Counted from the first letter of the stretch, positions 48,528 through 59,250 are shown. The stretch is 64,000 bases of DNA from Candidatus Poribacteria bacterium (GCA_965197475.1 CBDANF010000002.1:1248001-1312000); one strand, 5' to 3'. Numbers and translations are program-made. Notes: generated by a model not told the origin, from the sequence alone.

Positions 48528-48583
48528 AATGGATGTAGACGAATACGATAAACCTTCCTATATCAAAAGCGAGGAAACCGATT

Positions 48584-49354
48584 ATGGAAACAGAAAGGAT
48601 ATTGAATCTACTTTTGCCGAAAGGCACCATACAGTCTGAAACACTTGAGACGTTTCAGCGCGCAGGCTACGAATTAAACGGATACAAGTCAACCGATCGG
48701 TCTTATCGTGCTACCTTTCAAAACGATAGCGAATTCCAGATAAAGATTTCTCGTCCGCAAGAGATACCGGTTTATGTTGGCATGGACAATTTTTATGATT
48801 TGGGAATCACTGGACAAGATTGGGTTGAAGAGACCGATGCGGATGTTGAGGAGATGCTGCCGTTGGACTATGGGTTTGTTAGTATTGTTCTTGCTGTTCG
48901 CGAGGAACGGAAGGACATCAATACTTTCACGGATTTGGTGAACCTTGCGGATAGAAACATTCGCATTTCTACGGAATATCTGAACATCGCGGAGAAATAT
49001 ATCCTTGAAAAGACAGAAAACCGCGTAGCACCTGCGATTTTAACCCCGTGGAAGCGATTGAACACCCTCGGCACTTATCAGTCCCCCATCACACTTATGC
49101 TATCTTTCGGCGCAACAGAGGGGAAACCACCTGAAGAAGCGGATGCTATCATTGATAATTGTAGTTCAGCGCGCACGTTGCAGGCAAACCATCTCAAGAT
49201 AATTGAAGTGCTACGAGAATCTGAATCTACTCTGATTGCAAACCCGAAGTCTCTCAAGGAACCCTGGAAACGCGAAAAAATTGATGAACTGAAGCAGACG
49301 TTAGAAAAAGGATTGCGGAGACGGCGAAGTCAAGCACTTCCCGGACACATTTAA
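48584..49354 (+). CDS. hisG: ATP phosphoribosyltransferase
   Basis: LPKG, RPQEIPVYV, DLGITGQDWVEE, STEY, SFGATE and ADAIID motifs. Confidence 0.9.
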   Translation: METERILNLLLPKGTIQSETLETFQRAGYELNGYKSTDRSYRATFQNDSEFQIKISRPQEIPVYVGMDNFYDLGITGQDWVEETDADVEEMLPLDYGFVSIVLAVREERKDINTFTDLVNLADRNIRISTEYLNIAEKYILEKTENRVAPAILTPWKRLNTLGTYQSPITLMLSFGATEGKPPEEADAIIDNCSSARTLQANHLKIIEVLRESESTLIANPKSLKEPWKREKIDELKQTLEKGLRRRRSQALPGHI

Positions 49355-49365
49355 GGAGCAAAATT

Positions 49366-50694
49366 ATGGCGACCATTAAACCGCGCGTCCCCCGTGGTAT
49401 GAGAGATATATTGCCTGAACAGATGATTCGCAGACAATATGTTATAGATGTTATTCGCGATGTATTTGAAGAATTTGGGTTTGAACCGTTACAGACTCCC
49501 GCGCTCGAATTATCCGAAGTGCTCACAGGTAAATATGGACCGGACGCAGAAAAACTAATCTACCAAGCTGGACATACCGGTGGTAAGGAGGACATTTCGC
49601 TTCGGTACGATCTTTCTGTCCCGCTCTGCCGTGTTGTAGCGATGTATCCACAACTGCCGAAACCGTTTAAGCGGTATCAAATTGATCCGGTGTGGCGCGC
49701 AGAACGTCCACAAAAGGGACGTTATCGCCAATTTTTCCAATGTGATGCAGATACCGTCGGAAGCGATAGTATGTTAGCTGACGCGGAAAATGTTAATCTC
49801 ATTTATCAAGTCCTTTTCCGTCTCAGTTTTTATGGCTTTGAGATTAATATCAACAACCGGAAACTGATTACTGGGATAGGGGAATTCGCTGGCGTGCCTG
49901 CTGAACAACTTGGCGGCCTCTATCGCGCTATTGATAAGTTGGATAAGATAGGATTGGATGGTGTTACCACAGAATTACGGGAAAATGAAATACCAGAAGA
50001 TGTTATTGAAAAATTGCTTACGCTGCTACAGATTGAAGGTGATGCGGCAACGGTGCTCAGTGAAATGAATGAACAACTTGGTGATTTAGAAATTGCTCGT
50101 GAAGGCATCGCTGAATTGGATGAGTTAATCCGTTATCTCATGATTTTTGGCGTTCCAGAGGAGATGTACAGGGTGAACGTTGCTATGGTGCGAGGTTTGG
50201 AATACTACACCGGACCGATATATGAAACGGTTGTCAAAAAACCGAAGATCGGCAGCATCACAGGTGGTGGTAGATATGATGAACTCATCGGAAGTTTTAG
50301 CAAACAGAGTTTCCCCGCAACAGGTACAAGTTTCGGCTTTGAGCGGATTATTGACGTAATGGAAGAATTTGATATGTTTCCATCTACTGTAGGGAAAACA
50401 GTGACACAGGTATTAATGACCGTGTTTGATGACGAGCTGATGGAAGAATCCCTTAAATTGGCAACACTGTTACGTCAAGGCGGCATCCGAACAGAGGTCT
50501 ATATTCGTCCTGATCGACTGAGTACACAAATGAAATATGCTGATGCTAAAGGAATCCCTTACGCTGTTATCCTCGGATCGGATGAGTTAGCTGCAGGTAA
50601 CGCTGCTGTCCGGGATTTGGCAAGTAGGGAACAGGAAGATGTTCCATTGGATAAGGTTGTTGAGCAGATTAAGCAGTGGATAGAGAAAACGTAA
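49366..50694 (+). CDS. hisS: Histidine--tRNA ligase
   Basis: PRGMRD, LRYDLSVP, VWRAERPQKGRYRQF.QCD, RGLEYYTG, GGGRYD, G.SFG.ER; anticodon-binding domain. Confidence 0.95.
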   Translation: MATIKPRVPRGMRDILPEQMIRRQYVIDVIRDVFEEFGFEPLQTPALELSEVLTGKYGPDAEKLIYQAGHTGGKEDISLRYDLSVPLCRVVAMYPQLPKPFKRYQIDPVWRAERPQKGRYRQFFQCDADTVGSDSMLADAENVNLIYQVLFRLSFYGFEININNRKLITGIGEFAGVPAEQLGGLYRAIDKLDKIGLDGVTTELRENEIPEDVIEKLLTLLQIEGDAATVLSEMNEQLGDLEIAREGIAELDELIRYLMIFGVPEEMYRVNVAMVRGLEYYTGPIYETVVKKPKIGSITGGGRYDELIGSFSKQSFPATGTSFGFERIIDVMEEFDMFPSTVGKTVTQVLMTVFDDELMEESLKLATLLRQGGIRTEVYIRPDRLSTQMKYADAKGIPYAVILGSDELAAGNAAVRDLASREQEDVPLDKVVEQIKQWIEKT

Positions 50695-50714
50695 TGAGGG
50701 GTAGTAACCTAATT

Positions 50715-52319
50715 CTAAACAGATGAGGGCTGCTCTTGTACCACAGGGATAACATAACTTCGAATCGTAAAACCATCTAATGTCTCAGTTTCTACACGAT
50801 GTTCGGGGACTGTGCGGTGATCAAATACGACGTAGTATCCTTCCATAGCACCTTCAGATTTGAGATAGGCAGCAAGTTGTCTTTTACCAGCTTGATAGCG
50901 GTGGTTGCTTTCCCAAATCTTGGTTTCAATGATGTATTTTTGCGCGTTGTGAAGAATAAGCAGGTCTATCCTGCCGCGCCCGGTTTGGACTTTAAGGTAC
51001 ATTGCACCTTGCACTATTCGAACGAACTGATCTAGATATGTATAGAGGAGATATTGTCCTACGAACTCTTTTGGCGTATCTGGCACATGTAAGATTTTGA
51101 AACCAGCCCGTGCAATAAAAGCCTGGAAGTTATCAAGCAGCGTTGCCATTTCAATTTTTCCATCGGTTGTAAGGTAATCAATGAAATCTGTATCTTCATT
51201 TTCGGGGAAATAGTGCCCTTCGATCCCGTTAATAAGAGGCAGGAAAGCTTGTATGATGCACTGCTGATAAATCGGATTCACAATCTTACACATATTATCA
51301 GCGCCTTCAGCAATGACACCATAAGTAGCGAGTTCGTTGACGAGTTCATTATATAAATTGAATTCTATACCGTTATCATAAGAAGTGATCTTCATGAGAA
51401 GTGTTTCAAATCGCCGATCTCTACGGATATTTGTTATCAGATGATCAATGTTGGTGTTTCGTTCACGAAGGAGTTTTACGTGTGCTTTTGAGAAGTGTTC
51501 CGTTGTGATCAATTCGTTTTTCGGAATATCTAATTCCTCAGTAAGGATTTGTGCGAATCGATTGACGAGGAACGGTTGCCCAGCAGTCTGCTTATGGAGT
51601 GCTTCAACAACTTCAGGCGAGAAGTTTTGTCCAGTTTCATCTGTATACTGTGTGAACAACTCTTGCACTTGTTGAAGCGTAAAGTTGGGCAAGTAAAACT
51701 CGTCCTGGATATTGAATGGAGAAACGGACCTATCATAGTTAAGTTGCGTGATGCTCTTGACCCCGACGATACCGACACTATGAGGGCAGCGCATCTCATC
51801 GGAAAGGTAAATGTCGCGTAGCGCATGAAGAAAATCACTTAAAACAGTCTGTGGAATACCATCAAACTCGTCTATAATGACGACAACCTTCTGATTACCA
51901 AGATCATTATTCAAAATGCTTGAGAACTGTTCAAAGAATTCCATCATTGAAAGGTGATTTATGATCTTAGCGTCTGCAAGAAATCGTGTAAGTGTACCTG
52001 AAGGAACATGTTTTCGCCTTTTGAAGACATGTTCAATTTCCTTACGAACTCTGTTGCAGAAGGCTCCGTAAAAATCAGATGCCGCGAGGTTTTTATAGAT
52101 CTCAAAATTGAGTTGAATCGGGAAATAGATTGACGACTCCTTTGCGAGTGTGTCAAGTGCCATTCTGAAAAAGGTTGTCTTGCCAGTTTGACGTGGGGCA
52201 AAGAGAACGATGTACCGCCCTTCTTTGACGCGTATAAGAAAATCGTCAATCTCCTTGCTACGAGGTACAACATAATGCTGTCCTGGATACACACGACCTT
52301 GGGTTCCAAAACGTCTCAT
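50715..52319 (-). CDS. AAA-like ATPase with C-terminal PD-(D/E)XK nuclease-like domain
   Basis: APRQTGKTT, IIDEFD, SPFNI, TAGQPFLVN; GRIDL...IIETK...QLAAY. Confidence 0.85.
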   Translation of the reverse strand: MRRFGTQGRVYPGQHYVVPRSKEIDDFLIRVKEGRYIVLFAPRQTGKTTFFRMALDTLAKESSIYFPIQLNFEIYKNLAASDFYGAFCNRVRKEIEHVFKRRKHVPSGTLTRFLADAKIINHLSMMEFFEQFSSILNNDLGNQKVVVIIDEFDGIPQTVLSDFLHALRDIYLSDEMRCPHSVGIVGVKSITQLNYDRSVSPFNIQDEFYLPNFTLQQVQELFTQYTDETGQNFSPEVVEALHKQTAGQPFLVNRFAQILTEELDIPKNELITTEHFSKAHVKLLRERNTNIDHLITNIRRDRRFETLLMKITSYDNGIEFNLYNELVNELATYGVIAEGADNMCKIVNPIYQQCIIQAFLPLINGIEGHYFPENEDTDFIDYLTTDGKIEMATLLDNFQAFIARAGFKILHVPDTPKEFVGQYLLYTYLDQFVRIVQGAMYLKVQTGRGRIDLLILHNAQKYIIETKIWESNHRYQAGKRQLAAYLKSEGAMEGYYVVFDHRTVPEHRVETETLDGFTIRSYVIPVVQEQPSSV

Positions 52320-52439
52320 TTTTTCACCATTTTCGATATTAATCCTTAACGGTTTATTGTATCACATCATTACTTGAAAGTCTATAGAAAATTAAGGTAG
52401 TAGTCGCACTCCGCGTGCCGTAAGTCTGTTAAAAATGTT

Positions 52440-52620
52440 TGAATGCCATAAGCACATGATGTGTTGATTGGCAATGAATTGCGCGATTACAACAGATGTC
52501 TTAAAAACTATATTTGTCCAAATAGTAAGTGATATCAAATTAACTTAATTCGACGTCTTCCGATAAAGTCAAGCAGTGCAAGGCACCAAATCAACGGTAT
52601 GAATGCGCTTATGGCATTCA
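52440..52620. mobile_element. 181-bp MITE-like element
   Basis: 18-bp inverted repeats with one mismatch: tgaatgccataagcacat / atgcgcttatggcattca. Confidence 0.6.
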
Positions 52621-52680
52621 CCGGGGACCTCACAGGACAAATCCCGTTAATTGGGTATAAAATAAAAAGAGAGAAAGATT

Positions 52681-53850
52681 ATGAAATTTTACAAACGTTC
52701 ACGTATCCTTTGGAGCATTTTTATACTCGGTTTGATTGTTCAGGCGGTGCAACTGACAATTATAGGGTGTAGCCATACTTCTCCCTACTACCACCCGGAC
52801 ATCCCAACTACTGAGAAACAGGATGTTGTAACGGAAGATACACTCCACTATCGGATATTGCTTCTTGGGGATGGAGGGCAACCGAATCCGGATGAACCGG
52901 TATTAAAAACAGTACAGGCATGGGCGCAAAAAATGCCTCAGAAAACCAGCATCGTTTTTTTAGGTGACAATATGTATCCTGAAGGGATGACAGAACGGAA
53001 ACAGCACGAAGCATCAACGCGGCTCGACCCACAACTACAGGTCGTCAAATCTTCTGATACACATGGACTGTTCATTCCCGGTAACCACGATTGGTCGAAC
53101 GGAAAAGAGGTGGGATATAGCGCGCTTCTTGCACAAGAGAAATATATTAATGCCACCCTATCCCGCGATCCAAAATTCCTACCGCGAGGCGGTTCTCCGG
53201 GACCGGTTGCACTGGAACTTCCAGAGTCGGCACCTATTGTTCGGATCATTGTGCTTGATACGCAATGGTGGTTACATCAACAGGAAAAGCCGCAAAAAGC
53301 ACCAGAATCAGTTATTGCTGAACTCAAAAATATGCTTGATACGGAATTACCCATCATCGTTGTTGGACATCACCCATTGCAAAGTTACGGAGTACACGGA
53401 GGTTTCTATGACTGGAAAGCACACCTTTTTCCGGGTAGAGTTGCGAAAAAATGGCTTTGGGTGCCTGTGCCTATCGTCGGTTCTCTGTATCCGTTGGCTC
53501 GATGGCATCTGGTAAAATCGGATCAGGACATCAACGGCACACGCAACAAAAATATGGTGGCACAATTCAACGCCGCTTTTTCTACTGTAAAAAAGACCCC
53601 TCTTTTAATATATGCCTCTGGACATGATCATTCTCTACAAGTTTTAAAGGGAGATGTTACGGATTACCTACTTGTAAGTGGACTTGGCTCAAGTGAAAAG
53701 GCGACAGAGGTGAGTCATGGGGATAACACGCTATTTGCGCACCAGCACTCAGGCTTTATGGCGATAGACTTTCTTAAAGATGGAAAGGTTTTGTTAAGGG
53801 TGGTTGAACCCGGCAGCAAGGACGTATTGTTTCACCATTGGCTGAAATAA
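52681..53850 (+). CDS. Exported calcineurin-like metallophosphoesterase
   Basis: GDGG, FLGDNMY, PGNHDW, GHHP and SGHDH motifs; N-terminal signal, possibly a lipobox. Confidence 0.9.
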   Translation: MKFYKRSRILWSIFILGLIVQAVQLTIIGCSHTSPYYHPDIPTTEKQDVVTEDTLHYRILLLGDGGQPNPDEPVLKTVQAWAQKMPQKTSIVFLGDNMYPEGMTERKQHEASTRLDPQLQVVKSSDTHGLFIPGNHDWSNGKEVGYSALLAQEKYINATLSRDPKFLPRGGSPGPVALELPESAPIVRIIVLDTQWWLHQQEKPQKAPESVIAELKNMLDTELPIIVVGHHPLQSYGVHGGFYDWKAHLFPGRVAKKWLWVPVPIVGSLYPLARWHLVKSDQDINGTRNKNMVAQFNAAFSTVKKTPLLIYASGHDHSLQVLKGDVTDYLLVSGLGSSEKATEVSHGDNTLFAHQHSGFMAIDFLKDGKVLLRVVEPGSKDVLFHHWLK

Positions 53851-53877
53851 TGAAGTCTGAATTAATATCTTACACAT

Positions 53878-54162
53878 CTATTCAGTTTCATGACCTTCCT
53901 CGCGGGCATACTTCAGAAATTCCATGTTGTGTAGATAAGGTGTAATATCTTCCAATTGCAAACGTATATCGCTTATATCTGCAGCTGCCTGATTCAGATC
54001 TGTTTGTATCTGTTGATACGTTTGTCGTGCTTTTTTGGGATGGTATCCACTTTTTTTTAGAAAATGATCTGTAATTGCCTTAACTGTAACAAGCACGGTA
54101 ATGGTTAAGCTTCCCATAACAATCACCGTAAGGTTTGCGATAAAGGCGACGAGTTTAGACAT
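53878..54162 (-). CDS. Small membrane-anchored coiled-coil protein
   Basis: N-terminal TM plus heptads; AAGGAG RBS. Confidence 0.65.
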   Translation of the reverse strand: MSKLVAFIANLTVIVMGSLTITVLVTVKAITDHFLKKSGYHPKKARQTYQQIQTDLNQAAADISDIRLQLEDITPYLHNMEFLKYAREEGHETE

Positions 54163-54175
54163 GCGTTTTTCTCCT

Positions 54176-54412
54176 TTACTCTGTGATACCTTTAGCTATC
54201 TGAATTAGTTCTTGTAGTTGCGTTTGCAGGGCACCAATTTCGTTCCGAACCTGCGATACCTGCTGCTGTAATGCTTCTATCTCGCGTTGCGATGCTCCTT
54301 GACGAAGACCGCGTTTCTTTTCGGCGTATGATGTGCCCATTGAGACACATCCAAGTACTGTTACTGTAAGACATCCACACACAATCACGACTATGAGTAT
54401 AAGTCCTGACAT
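54176..54412 (-). CDS. Small membrane-anchored coiled-coil protein
   Basis: AAGGAG RBS; TM (LIVVIVCGCLTVTVLG) plus coiled coil; resembles its neighbour. Confidence 0.65.
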   Translation of the reverse strand: MSGLILIVVIVCGCLTVTVLGCVSMGTSYAEKKRGLRQGASQREIEALQQQVSQVRNEIGALQTQLQELIQIAKGITE

Positions 54413-54756
54413 TTTCAAAGTACTCCTTATTGTTGTGTTATTGGATATTAGAGTGTGTTTAATCCTAAAAGATAGTTTAAATTTGATAATTAGAGGTATA
54501 TAGTGAAGTCTAAAGGTCAAATTGTGTAAATATTATAGACCTTACTATAAAATCTAATTTACTGAAATTCTTGAAAGGTGTCAATTGCTTTTTCTAAAAG
54601 CCAGGAACAAAGATGTTCCCCGCGGGAGATAGCAGTCTGTAGGAAGAGCAAGGTCAAGAAGGATAAATTCTATTAAACTTTTATGGATAATGTAAGTCTA
54701 AAGGCAAAATATGGACTAAACTTAAAATAACTGGATAGAGATAGAGGCGATAAAAT

Positions 54757-55530
54757 ATGCTTACGCAAAAACAGAAGTTAGAATTCCATGAAAATGGTTA
54801 TATTAAAGTCTCTGGTGTTGTGCCAAAGTTAATGATAGATGCTGCTCGTAAAATCATTAATCATTCTATCGGTGCTGTGGGACTGCACGAAGACGACTTA
54901 GAAAAGTTTCGGGCACAATCGTATTGTAACGAAATTAGGAACGCCCCGCAAATTGTGGATATTTTCCATAAAACACCTATCCATAACATTGCTGAATCGA
55001 TGCTGGGTGAAGGCAACGTGCAAGTCCCAGGTTCAGGACAGATAGCACTCCGATTCCCGATGCCGTTAGACCGCGATGCGAATGAACCACGCGGACATCT
55101 GGATGGATTGGGAAGTGGGACAAATGGAATGGCAAAAGGTGTTTACCGTCGCGGTTTTTCTGCGTTAGCGGTTGTGTATCTGGCAGATGTGCCTGAACCG
55201 TATAGCGGTAACTTTACGGTGTGGCCCAAAACGCACAGTTTTTTCGCTGACTATTTCAAAAAGGAAGGGCATGAGATTTTGGCAAACGGAATGCCGCGTC
55301 CGGAACTTCCTGAAGGTCCCACCCAGATAATCGGCAAAGCGGGAGATGTGGTTTTGACACATCACCAGATAGTCCACTCAGCAGCACCGAATGCATCGGC
55401 TGACATTCGTTACGCTGTAATCTTCCGTGTGCGGCATGTGGATTGTGCAGAAAACGGGTATGATGGTTACACCGATATCTGGCGTGAATGGCCTGGTATA
55501 CAGGAAGCGATAGAAAACGGAAATGCCTAA
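54757..55530 (+). CDS. Phytanoyl-CoA dioxygenase (PhyH) family protein
   Basis: FHENGYI, HLD, GNFTVWPKTH, AGDVVL.H..VHS..PN...R. Confidence 0.88.
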   Translation: MLTQKQKLEFHENGYIKVSGVVPKLMIDAARKIINHSIGAVGLHEDDLEKFRAQSYCNEIRNAPQIVDIFHKTPIHNIAESMLGEGNVQVPGSGQIALRFPMPLDRDANEPRGHLDGLGSGTNGMAKGVYRRGFSALAVVYLADVPEPYSGNFTVWPKTHSFFADYFKKEGHEILANGMPRPELPEGPTQIIGKAGDVVLTHHQIVHSAAPNASADIRYAVIFRVRHVDCAENGYDGYTDIWREWPGIQEAIENGNA

Positions 55531-55540
55531 AAGAAATTAA

Positions 55541-55577
55541 GAAACGGGTGATTCGATTAAATCACCCGTTTGCTTTT
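55541..55577. terminator. Hairpin terminator between convergent genes
   Basis: aaacgggtgatt-cgatta-aatcacccgttt followed by T-rich sequence. Confidence 0.75.
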
Positions 55578-56395
55578 TACTTTGTGCTCTTGATTTGTGC
55601 CCATGTAATGCTCAATTTGTCCACAGGTTCGACTGCAAATGGATCCCCATTGGATAAATAGAGGTTTTCCACCTCATCTGCAGAAAGTGCTCGGTGGAAC
55701 ATTAGGAACTCATCCATCAATCCTTTGAATGTCCACGACGCGGGAGTCGCGACACCATTAAATGCTGTGGCTTCAGAACCAACCCCGATGAATCCGTACC
55801 GTTGTAATTTCGGTCCGATCATTTTATTAGTAGTAGCTGTGGCTTCCTCTACATCCACTTTACCATCAACATAGATCCGCTTCATATCGGCATTAAAAAT
55901 TGCCACGACATGATGCCATTGATCGTCCGTAACTTTAACATTACCATGCCAATCCTTTATAGGACAACAGACATCAAAAGCGACAAAGTCCGTCTGATCG
56001 ATTGCAACATCTCCAGCTGCAAAACGGAAATAGTCGCTGCGATCCCAAGAGGCAATCATCCCTCTATCAACAGTCTTAATCCATACCGCGATGCTAAGTT
56101 CCGGTATACCTTCGGTATAATTGAGATTTCGCACTGAGATATATTCGGTTGCCCCACCAGGAAATTCCATACATTCGTTAACTTTGCCATCATTCACAAT
56201 ATTGAGATTGCTGCCGTGGAGGAAACCGTCATTTCCGGACCCATCCAAGATATCTTCACCCTTAAGGGAGGCAGCGTCAAAACTATAATAGATGACCAGT
56301 TCTTTATCACTTATACCCCGCGCGTGGACAGTCAACGTTGGTACTGTTAGAATTAGTGTTAGCGTCAATAGTTGGAAAATCAAAGAGGTTTTCAT
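55577..56395 (-). CDS. Secreted LamG domain protein
   Basis: Signal peptide, YYSFD, QWHHVV, GLMDEF; tail AVEPVDKLSITWAQIK. Confidence 0.88.
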   Translation of the reverse strand: MKTSLIFQLLTLTLILTVPTLTVHARGISDKELVIYYSFDAASLKGEDILDGSGNDGFLHGSNLNIVNDGKVNECMEFPGGATEYISVRNLNYTEGIPELSIAVWIKTVDRGMIASWDRSDYFRFAAGDVAIDQTDFVAFDVCCPIKDWHGNVKVTDDQWHHVVAIFNADMKRIYVDGKVDVEEATATTNKMIGPKLQRYGFIGVGSEATAFNGVATPASWTFKGLMDEFLMFHRALSADEVENLYLSNGDPFAVEPVDKLSITWAQIKSTK

Positions 56396-56418
56396 TTTAG
56401 GTCTCCTTAATTATTTTA

Positions 56419-56660
56419 CTAAAGTTTGGACAATTTACGCGTTATTCATGTAGACTTCTCAAAGGTAGTGGCTGTTCTCGCCAAAAACCTGTTATATTTT
56501 CTGCGATTTTGCTGATTGGAAGAACTCCCTGAAAAATACATCTTGGCATGGCAGTCCGAGCAGAGCGACAGATGTATAGAAGATAATTAGGTTAATGTCT
56601 AAGATGTTTCCATTTTACCCTCTACACATTGAAGTCCTTTAAAATTTGTCCAAACTTTAG
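56419..56660. mobile_element. MITE of the CTA(T/A)AGTTTGGACAA family
   Basis: ctaaagtttggacaa ... ttgtccaaactttag; internal REP-like gcagtccgagcagagcgacagatgtatag. Confidence 0.7.
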
Positions 56661-56681
56661 TAGGTGGTAACTTGGGTTATT

Positions 56682-57506
56682 TTATTTCGTACTCTTAATC
56701 TTTCCCCATGTGATGCTCAATTTGTCCGCAGGTTCAACGGCAAGCGGATTCCCAGACGCATTAGCAAGACGTTCAACCTCTTCTGCAGAAATTGCTCGGT
56801 GGAACAGAAGGAATTCATCCATCAACCCATTGAAAGCCCAATTGGGTCCTACGACCGCATCAAAAGCTGCAGCTTCTGAACCAATTCCGATGAATCCGAA
56901 CCGTGCTGTCTTCGGTCCTATCAATTTAGTGGCTGTGTCCGTGGCTGCCTCCGCATCCAATTCACCATCAACGTATATCCGTTTCATTTCAGCATCAAAG
57001 GTTGCCACGACATGATGCTATTCGTCATCAGCAACATCAATCTTACCAAACCAATCCTTTATAGGGCAACAAACATCAAAAGCAACAAAGGTTGTGGCTG
57101 CGTTCCCACCCATGTCATCGCCTACAGCAAAACGGAAGAATTCACTCCGATCCCAAGAGGCAATCAAACCTCTTTGCGGTGTCTTTACCCATACCGCGAG
57201 CGTCAGTTCCGGAATACCTTCAACATATTGGAGATTACGTACCGAAATATAATCGGATTGAGCCCCTGGAAACTCCATACATTCGTTAACTTTGCCCTCC
57301 ACAATCTTGAGACTGTTACCTTTGAGCAAACCGTGATTCTCATTTCCGGATCCGTCCAAGACATCTCCATCTTTAAGGGTATCCTCGTCAAAGCTATAAT
57401 AGATGACAAGTTCATCTGCACTGATACCCTGTGCATGACCAGTCAACGCTGGGACTGTTAGTATTAGTGTTAACGTTAAAAGTTTGAAAATAAAAGCGGT
57501 TCTCAT
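56682..57506 (-). pseudogene. LamG domain protein interrupted by TAG at 57018-57020
   Basis: Reads DVADDE*HHVVATF; the adjacent paralogue has TDDQWHHVVAIF, so TGG>TAG; both halves are in the same frame. Confidence 0.88.
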
Positions 57507-57522
57507 TATAGTACTCCTTTTA

Positions 57523-57554
57523 TAGTATGCGCTTTTACTAGTATGCGCTTTTAC
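57523..57554. repeat. 16-bp tandem duplication upstream of the LamG pseudogene
   Basis: tagtatgcgcttttac twice. Confidence 0.85.
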
Positions 57555-57576
57555 AAGCTCGTAAATTATAGTTAGC

Positions 57577-58407
57577 CTAAGAATATCCTCCTACACCCAA
57601 CAACATCCGTTCCTCCATATCTGCTTCTTTGAGAAAGGTTTGGGTTAACCCGTCTGCAGGTGGATCGCCGCCGTGTGGCGACCTTCACAGCCACGTCGGC
57701 GTATAACCAAGAATTAACATTCTCCGCTTTGAGCGAAGTGTTAGCAAAGCACGATGCCAGAGATTACCGTGGATAAGTACGGCACCGCCAGATCTCACTT
57801 GAAGTGGTACTTCGCCATCTATCGGTTTATATGTACTAGGCGTTGCCTTGTCCAACCAGTTGTGAGAACCGGGGACAACAACCGCACCAGTATCTTCGTT
57901 TAAATCATCAAGATAGATAAGACAATCGATACAGTGTGGTCGTGAAAACCATGGTGGTATCGGGTTAGAGACAACACGCATGTGTTGATGCCAGGGCGTT
58001 TGGTGTTGTCTGTCATCGCCAGGATAAGTGATTCGTGCGCTCAATCCGCGTAGTCGAACAAGCGGTCCCATCATTGCCCGTACTATTGATAAAACCGGTT
58101 GAAATTTCAGAAGTTCAAGGAATGCTTCGTCCTTATCCATCAAATGACGCGGAATGAACCCCCAACTACGTTTGGAGGCAAGAGCGTTATCACGTTTTTC
58201 CCATTCTCGCGCTTCCAATCGGTCAAGGGCATCTCTTAGTTTTTGAAGTGCCTCTCCCTGAAAGAGTCCTTCTCAAATAAGGTAACCGGTCTCAGCAAAT
58301 GTTTGCAACTCTTCGCGGGTAGCGTGCACTTTCACGTCCCAATGTTGTCCGGTTTCACCCGGGTTATGGACATTTAGTACTTCGTAATGAAGTGTGTGTT
58401 GTTCCAT
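57577..58407 (-). pseudogene. PhyH family dioxygenase with two in-frame TGA codons
   Basis: One frame reads FAETGYLI*EGLFQGEAL... (58273) and GYTPTWL*RSPHGGDPP...GGYS (57685); contains WHQH, VVPGSH and LWHR. Confidence 0.82.
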
Positions 58408-58461
58408 AATTGTCTCGCTATGTGCAGTTTCTGTTGACGTGGCAAGGCACCTCATATTGTG

Positions 58462-59250
58462 CTACTTTTTCAAAAATTCTCCTGGAAGACGCGAACCGGG
58501 ATAGTTGCCATTTTCATCTCGATTAGCAATCGGTTCAGGAATCTCGTCATTCCAATAGCCTGGAACGGTGTTTGGTCTGCTGTGCCATGCCAAGATTAAA
58601 GTTCGTCGTTTATTAGTATGATTTCTGTGGGCAGCGTGTAAGAGACGCGCATCCGCCATCATTAATGAGCCCGCTTTGGCATACACATCCACCTGATCTG
58701 GATGATCACTAAACATGATCGGATGGTCTTCATCAATAAACCGTGCACCCTGTTCATGTGCGGGTACTAACTGGTCGTGAAAATCAATCCGCTTGAGATG
58801 GGTGCCGGGAATTACCTTTAAACATCCGTTTTCAGGTGTAGTATCCGTCAGATAGTAATTGAGAAAAATGGTCTGTGGCCAGGGGGAACAGCTGAGCGGG
58901 TCGTTCCAACGCATCCAATCTTGATGCCAATACAGTGCGGGTCCGCCAGGTTCTTTCGTTAATATGATAATCCCGCCGGAGGCAACGAAATCTCCAAAAC
59001 CGATCTGTTTCAGTGCGTCCCATGATGGTTGCCACTCCAGCAACCGCAGTATATACGGGTTGTCTGCACCACGTACATTTACGTGTTGTCCCTGATAGAC
59101 CATTTCGTCTGGTTCCACGTGTCCTGTGATGAGTCGTTCCGATTCATCGTGCAGCTCCTGCAAGAATTCATCCGTTAAAATATCGTCAACAACGCAAAAG
59201 CCGTCGCGCAGCATATGTTCCCGTTTTTCTAAGGCGACTTCAGGTGTCAT
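58462..59250 (-). CDS. Phytanoyl-CoA dioxygenase (PhyH) family protein
   Basis: RDGFCV, WHQD, ENGCLKVIPGTH, LLHAA..N...RR. Confidence 0.9.
   Translation of the reverse strand: MTPEVALEKREHMLRDGFCVVDDILTDEFLQELHDESERLITGHVEPDEMVYQGQHVNVRGADNPYILRLLEWQPSWDALKQIGFGDFVASGGIIILTKEPGGPALYWHQDWMRWNDPLSCSPWPQTIFLNYYLTDTTPENGCLKVIPGTHLKRIDFHDQLVPAHEQGARFIDEDHPIMFSDHPDQVDVYAKAGSLMMADARLLHAAHRNHTNKRRTLILAWHSRPNTVPGYWNDEIPEPIANRDENGNYPGSRLPGEFLKK

Noticed and set aside
57577-58407. Selenocysteine or genome-wide TGA recoding
   Set aside because: The sites are not Cys-like catalytic positions, and TGA terminates intact genes (e.g. 12638, 63014).
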